From Macrostomum lignano (lineage: Eukaryota), in assembly GCA_002269645.1 (NCBI GenBank), contig NIVC01003646.1, positions 1-64,000 of the forward strand: a stretch of DNA of 64,000 nt. The letters run 5' to 3'. Shown here piece by piece: positions 58,114 to 64,000 of the stretch (its first letter is position 1; every line of letters begins with the position of its first letter). The notes beneath the pieces were generated by a model that had not been told where the DNA came from, made no database searches, and worked only from the letters and a program-made list of their open reading frames with translations. The position numbers and the translations under genes are program-made.

Positions 58114-60702
58114 TCAACGCTGCCCGCGCATCACCTTAGCCTGCTGCTGCTGCTGCTGCGAGAATTCAGCTGCATCAGTCCTTCTCCGCCGCTGACGAAT
58201 TCCGTGCAATATGGAATCAGCACGCTGGGTCGGCCGAATCGCAGCGGAATAGTCTTCGCCACAGTCGCCGCCACCGCTGCCATTATTGCCAGCGAACATT
58301 GCTGCTCGTCGGACAACAAGAGCGGAGGATATTGCCGCAGCAGCGCCGCCGTCGACGACTGCTGGAGCAGATACTAGGGCGGCAGATGACGATGTTGACG
58401 ACGACAAAGATGACATTCCCATCGCGGAGCTGTTGCCAACCGCCTGACGTGAGCGGACCACGGCGCCCATTTGCAGAGCTCGGTGCGCATTATAACCGTA
58501 ATTACGGTATATAACTGCAGCAGAGGTGCCGTGGGCGCGTGCAAATGCGTGCAGCTGCGCAGGCTCCATCGCCAGGACAACGCTGCTCAAGGTCCGGCGC
58601 CAGTCTGTCGCTACATAATGTCTGCCGAGCAATCGCTCTCCTCCGGCGCTGATCATCCGGCTGAAGGCGCTCTCAGTGTAAACCCGGCCGAAGATGTCCA
58701 GAAACACCATGGACACCTCGACCGCAGGAGCAGCGACTCCGCGCGCAGCCAGGCTCGGCCGGATATAGCAGTCGTGCAGGCGCAGCAGGGCGTCGCAAAA
58801 CGTATCCGACAGCACCATGGTAGCCGGCTCGCCATTGTGCCCGGCCTTGTGCGGAACCTCTGTCAGCGGCATCACCAGGTGCGAGTGACCCTCCAGATCG
58901 GACTCCGTGGCGCTGATCGAGGTGTCCCGAAACAGCTGATCCATGTCGTCAGCTGCCCGGTGTCGCACCCTACGGTCCAGCAGATGCTGTCGCCGCAGAT
59001 AGATCCACGGCAGAAGTCGCACTGGCTGTTCGACACTGCAGAAGAACAAGCACTCCTGCACGATGCGGCGGACACAGGCCACCTTGGCGCATAAGTTCTC
59101 ATCGCCGGCGTCTGCGTGGTCGTCGGCGGCGGCGGCGCTCCAGTTGCCAGTCTCCGGCAGTCTCTGCCAACTGTGCTCGAAGAGCATCTTAAAGAAGCGG
59201 TCGCGCCGGTCGAAGATGGCGCCGACCTCGCTCCGCTTAACGTAGCTGGCCATGTAGGTCATCTGACGACCGTGATGGCCCAGCTTGTTCAGCTGTTCCT
59301 GCAGGGAGCGGATAGCGGCAAACTCGCCCTTGGCCTCGTTCAGCAACGAAAGCAAGCGTGAGACTGTCAGCTGCCTGGCAGCCAGCGAATCCTTACAGCA
59401 GTCGTCACCGCCGCCGTCATCATCTTTGCTGGCATTTTTTCCCTCGCTCAAAATTTCTGACTGGCGCAGCCCGATTGCGTCGAGCACCTTTTGGAGACAA
59501 CGGTTGCCGCGCACATTCAGCCAGCCCTCCAAACACAGAAAAATTGACACCATCTCTTGGCACTTGCGGCCGGCTGTTGAAGGTGCCAACTTTAACTCCT
59601 GGGCGACAACCTTGAGCCCGAAGACACTGGCGACGAGGTCGGGTCGCAGCACTAAGTCGGCCAGAGTCAGCTGCTTCCGAAGCCAGAGCCGTTCCAGCGT
59701 GGCGCCAACACAGCAGCAAATTTTCTGCCAGCGACGGCTGTGGCTCTGGTTGGCAGAGACGTGCAGTTTAACTGGTGCGGACCACCAGAGTGCTGTCAAT
59801 CGACCAAGCATGGCATCAATGGACGGTCGATCTGCTGCTACTCCAAGGGCCACCTTTCTGGCGGGGTGCTCTTTCGGTGGTAAAGGTTCCAGCCTGAAAT
59901 AGCGTCGGTGCTGTCCTCCTGGTTGCAGCGTTTTTTCCTTTTTCCTTTGTGCTATCTCGCCTTCTTTCTGCGAGGAAGCAGCAGCAGCATAATCAGAGTC
60001 ACCAACCTCAGGACTAGTCGGCTGCTGCAACTCAATCGCCGCTATTTCCAGTGGTTCAGACGCAACGACGGCACTTAGGTCGGAAGCTCTGTCGTTCAAC
60101 TGAATGCAATCAGTAGTCGGCTGCTGCTGCGGCGACACAGGTATTAAACTGCTGCAGGCTGCTCGTCCCATTGAATCTGCAGCAACCATCAGACGATCGT
60201 AGATCGCCCCGTCGTCGTAATATTCTGCTGATGCTCTTAACGCAGCAGACCTCATTGCCCCGTCGTCGCCATCCTCTGCTGATGCTCTTAACGCAGCAGA
60301 CCTCATTGCCCCGTCGTCGCCATCCTCTGCTGATGCTCTTAACGCAGCAGACCTCATTGCCCCGTCGTCGCCATCCTCTGCTGATGATGTCACCGCAGCA
60401 GACTGATGCTCGGTTGTCACTGGCCGATGGACAGATAATGGGCATAGATGAGCTCGCAGTCGGCGGCGTGACTGTCCGCAGGCGGAAAAAACGCCTATCA
60501 CTTCTATGCGATGACTGGCCTTGGTGCTGCGGCTGCATTTGATTGCCAGCCAGATCATGTCTTGCCGCTGTTTGGTAGTTGCGGCCGCCCATTCGTTCTC
60601 TGTTGGCCGCATCCGCTCCGGCATATCACTTAGCGAATAACTTTGAACGATATATTTCTCGTGCCGGTTTTTGTAGTGCCTCTTTAGATTTCCACCGGGC
60701 AC
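58114..60702 (-). CDS. Large tyrosine-recombinase-domain protein, 862 aa
   Basis: C-terminal EQPVR (R), PHKAG (K), YIRP.L, VFLD..G, ATDWRR (x-x-x-R) and AHGTSAAVIYRNY (Y). N-terminal CAEC...NLKRHYKNRH zinc-finger-like motif. Confidence 0.75.
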   Translation of the reverse strand: MPGGNLKRHYKNRHEKYIVQSYSLSDMPERMRPTENEWAAATTKQRQDMIWLAIKCSRSTKASHRIEVIGVFSACGQSRRRLRAHLCPLSVHRPVTTEHQSAAVTSSAEDGDDGAMRSAALRASAEDGDDGAMRSAALRASAEDGDDGAMRSAALRASAEYYDDGAIYDRLMVAADSMGRAACSSLIPVSPQQQPTTDCIQLNDRASDLSAVVASEPLEIAAIELQQPTSPEVGDSDYAAAASSQKEGEIAQRKKEKTLQPGGQHRRYFRLEPLPPKEHPARKVALGVAADRPSIDAMLGRLTALWWSAPVKLHVSANQSHSRRWQKICCCVGATLERLWLRKQLTLADLVLRPDLVASVFGLKVVAQELKLAPSTAGRKCQEMVSIFLCLEGWLNVRGNRCLQKVLDAIGLRQSEILSEGKNASKDDDGGGDDCCKDSLAARQLTVSRLLSLLNEAKGEFAAIRSLQEQLNKLGHHGRQMTYMASYVKRSEVGAIFDRRDRFFKMLFEHSWQRLPETGNWSAAAADDHADAGDENLCAKVACVRRIVQECLFFCSVEQPVRLLPWIYLRRQHLLDRRVRHRAADDMDQLFRDTSISATESDLEGHSHLVMPLTEVPHKAGHNGEPATMVLSDTFCDALLRLHDCYIRPSLAARGVAAPAVEVSMVFLDIFGRVYTESAFSRMISAGGERLLGRHYVATDWRRTLSSVVLAMEPAQLHAFARAHGTSAAVIYRNYGYNAHRALQMGAVVRSRQAVGNSSAMGMSSLSSSTSSSAALVSAPAVVDGGAAAAISSALVVRRAAMFAGNNGSGGGDCGEDYSAAIRPTQRADSILHGIRQRRRRTDAAEFSQQQQQQAKVMRGQR
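60205..60385 (-). repeat. In-frame 51-bp (17-aa) repeat x3 inside the YR ORF
   Basis: AEDGDDGAMRSAALRAS occurs three times, followed by a diverged AEYYDDGA. Confidence 0.9.
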
Positions 60703-61296
60703 GCACTCAGCACAATGGGCAGACGGAGCTTCTTCCAGAGTATTACAAATAATTCTCTAATAATTATTACAAATCAAAGAATACAGTGTTGGAAAAAATA
60801 CCCGGTCCACATCCAGCATATATATATGTAGAGATATGTAGAGATAGGAGTTTCATATTTAAAGCATCCTCCCATAACCCGCCTCCTCATATTGCATTGA
60901 TGGCAAGCTTATTGGCTTTCAGCTCAGTCAAGTGATCACTATTAAACGATTGACTTAATAACTATTGGTTAAATCAACTGCAGGTCTGGGCTTGGCTGGC
61001 TGGCTCGCTGGCTTGTACTCCTCTGACTGAGTAATTTGATGCTTTTTACCATAGACTAAAGTTTACGGTCTCGCCCTCACTAGTGGAATTTTCCGTAGTT
61101 TCTTTTAACCATAGACTGCTTAACCATAGACTGCTGCAGACCTGTCCGCTTGGGTTTATAAAACTCAGTCAGTCCCTTCCCTCCCTCAAACTGCAAGCAT
61201 CAGCGCCCCAGCCTAGCATATAGTTTCTACAGCTTTTAGAGTAAGTTACATTCATATCTGCTGCTCTGTGCATTATTCTATTACGAAAACAATCAG

Positions 61297-61840
61297 CTTT
61301 CACTACAGGGCCCTTACAGGTGCTGCAGTTACAGGTGGAGCAGCAGCCTTTCCCTCTCTCTGATATAATATATACCCCTTTGTAATTAATTTAAACTCGA
61401 ACGAATGCAGTTTTCACTACAGGGCCCTTACAGGTGCTGCAGTTACAGGTGGAGCAGCAGCCTTTCCCTCTCTCTGATATAATATATACCCCTTTGTAAT
61501 TAATTTAAACTCGAACGAATGCAGTTTTCACTACAGGGCCCTTACAGGTGCTGCAGTTACAGGTGGAGCAGCAGCCTCTCCCTCTCTCTGATATACCCCT
61601 TTGTAATTAATTTAAACTCGAACGAATGCAGTTTTCACTACAGGGCCCTTACAGGTGCTGCAGTTACAGGTGGAGCAGCAGCCTCTCCCTCTCTCTGATA
61701 TACCCCTTTGTAATTAATTTAAACTCGAACGAATGCAGTTTTCACTACAGGGCCCACACAGGTGCTGCAGTTACAGGTGGAGCAGCAGCCTCTCCCTCTC
61801 TCTGATATAATATATACCCCTTTGTAATTAATTTGAACAT
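61297..61840. repeat. 107-114-bp tandem repeat, 5 copies
   Basis: CACTACAGGG at 61301, 61415, 61529, 61636 and 61743. Confidence 0.95.
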
Positions 61841-62108
61841 GCAGCTTTTCTAACATTTTCTATTCGCACTTAATTGCTGCTATGCCTCTAATCAGTATAC
61901 ATATAGTATTGGAGCGAAATAATAAACGTGTCAATAATCAGACTGTTGTCAATCAATCGATCCATCGCTATACACCAAAAGCATGGAACCTGTACTGTAC
62001 GTATACATACACCGCTGCTCTGATTCGCTGCAATATCAACACAGAGAGTGAATTCGTGTGTTCGTGCGATTATAGCGCAAAAACCATAGGCTTGTTATTA
62101 TCAGCTAA

Positions 62109-62472
62109 GGGGGGGCCGTAGCCCAGCGGTAGCGCAGCTGCTCTGGTGTGCCGTGACCCAGGCTCGATTCCAAGTGCAGCCACATTAATTTGGGGCTGAA
62201 TTGGAATTTCGGCTTGGCTCGCTTGTGCAATTAACGGCCTTGAGAGCCAACCCCCCAAGGCGCAGTGAAGTGTACATGCCTAACGATAATATAAAGTTAG
62301 GGCCGCTGTACACTCCTGTGTGAGTGTGTGCCTGCGTACGTATCCGCGCGCTTGTATGCCTGCTCAGGGGAGTCGGCGGAATGGGCAGTAATGCCTCTCG
62401 CCGGTTGTGTGCCAATGACGCTTAAATTGCGCCAGGGTGCACACAACCCCCCTGCCTCTAATAAAAAAAATA
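62109..62472 (+). mobile_element. tRNA-derived SINE with an A-rich tail
   Basis: A box TAGCCCAGCGG and B box GGCTCGATTCC, no good cloverleaf; ends in AATAAAAAAAATAA. Confidence 0.6.
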
Positions 62473-62757
62473 AATTATCAGCTAAGCGAATTACATAAAC
62501 TGATGCTGCTAATCTAAAAATAGCCACAACTGGCTAGCTTATACTTGGTGGAATTTCGTGTTTCATTTCTTGTTATTAAAGAGGCCGGATGAAAATGTTT
62601 GATTTCTGAAAAAAAGCTCGATTCATTATAAATGCTGTTGCTTTCGGTTGCTTCTGCGCTTGGAAATATAAAACAGAATAATAAGTGTTTTTTCGCGCCT
62701 CTGCAGCTTTTGATGTGGCTCAAATGAGCCTAGGGAAACCGAATAAGGACCGGATAA

Positions 62758-64000
62758 TTAGGAAAGTAGTACGAGTATAACAAACTTTTTCTTTTCGACT
62801 TCGAGGTATTGCTTCTGTATGTTAGATAAATCCTCAAATCGTTTCTCAGGAGCCAGTAAATATTTACTTGTAGCTTTCTTACACTCCTCTGTATATTCAA
62901 GGTCAACTTCAAGAAAACAACCCCTGCCATTAGGAATATTCTTGTGATACTCTAGATCATTTTCAAACTTGAAATCTCCCACAGGAAGGTTTTTCATCAT
63001 TGCTTCACCATATAAATTATTCTTGTCCAAGTATAACATGTATGACGATTCAGAATTGCTGTCATAATTTTCTAAATACTTGTTATTCATTTTTTATATC
63101 GATCTCCAAGAATTCCGGAGAAACCGCCGCGAATACCACTTTCTACCATGGATATCATATCTTTATCACTAAGTAATTCCAGCTCAACATTGGTATATTT
63201 CAACCCACATGCCCACGATAATCCAGAAAGGGAAAAGCAATACCCAGGATCTATCTTGAAGTAGTTCAAGAATGTTGATCGAAACTTCTCAAAAGCATTG
63301 ACAAATGAGTAAATCTTTCTAATTGCTCCTGTTGTATCACTGGGTGGCAAATATTTTATTTCTTCTTCAGAGAGTGTAAATGGTGGTTCCAAAAACCTAG
63401 ATCCATCTAAAAACACAACGCCACTGGTATAATTCCCCCACTTAATTGCAACATGGTCTTCCGATGATTTCGAAATGAAATCCAATTTATACGCTGTGTT
63501 CTTTATTCGTGTTAATGGAACTATCAAATAGTTTAGATCTTTTCCAGATTCATTCAAGAGAAACAACGGTACTGTTTGATTCGCCTTGCCCTCTTTTGTA
63601 TTACATGATTGACATGCTGCGCCGCGATATTTACCATTATAGTGATTATGCTCTCGAATTTTTTTACTATCTACAAATAGCCTTGAGCAGAGAAAACATT
63701 GTTCTGCCGCTTTGTAATCAGTCTCTTCGAGATCACTTAATCTTGGATGTTTATATTTATCCATTTCATTTTTTATATGCTCAAACTTTTTGATTACGGT
63801 TTCAACGAATGATTCCACTGTAGTATTTGAAATAATATCTGATTTTATAATATTTTCATAATCGGAACTAATAAAAAGTGTCCAGTTTGATAGCTGTATG
63901 GATTTATCATCCATCGTTACATAATCCAATATAGCATAAAACACAAATGGCTTTCTTACACTCATGTGGTAGTTCTTAAACTTTAACATCCTCTTATCAA
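62758..64000 (-). pseudogene. Polinton protein-primed DNA polymerase B, internally deleted and frameshifted; 5' part beyond the window
   Basis: PFVFYA, IREHNHYNGKYRGAACQSCN, FLDGSRFL, FEKFRSTFLNYFKIDP..CFSLSGLSW, ESGIRGGFS, YLDKNNLYG.AM..NLP and GCFLEVDLEY. Confidence 0.9.

Noticed and set aside
58131-59902. Several + strand ORFs opposite the YR gene, and similar shadow ORFs opposite FHOD and Sola2 exons
   Set aside because: Antisense shadows of GC-rich coding sequence, with no motifs of their own.

Overview
Animal (metazoan) genomic DNA with GT-AG introns, GC-rich exons and AT-rich, repeat-filled introns. The style resembles a free-living flatworm such as Macrostomum, but that is only a guess. 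Left part (1-12.5 kb): a 16-bp satellite, a PAN/apple-like ORF, an intronless TKL-type kinase (-, 5826-7409) and LINE/MITE relics. Middle (12.6-39.3 kb): one complete FHOD-family formin gene (+), reconstructed exon by exon with consistent splice phases. It has two alternative N-termini and a frame-symmetric cassette exon, and most of its 3' introns each carry a different tandem repeat. Right part (41-64 kb): a nested mobile-element cluster. It holds Penelope relics with a minimal hammerhead ribozyme, a Tc1 relic, an internally deleted Merlin and an apparently intact spliced Sola2 transposon (TIRs plus TACT TSD). It also holds a decayed Polinton/Maverick (integrase, PLA2-like, pX-like core protein, minor capsid, pPolB). 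Between the Polinton genes lies a GC-rich block with open ORFs: a tyrosine recombinase converging on a Rep-like SF3 helicase across a spacer of related palindromes, beside a hAT-like transposase fragment. That block is the best candidate for an undescribed system. All family calls are motif recognition by eye; no database search was run.
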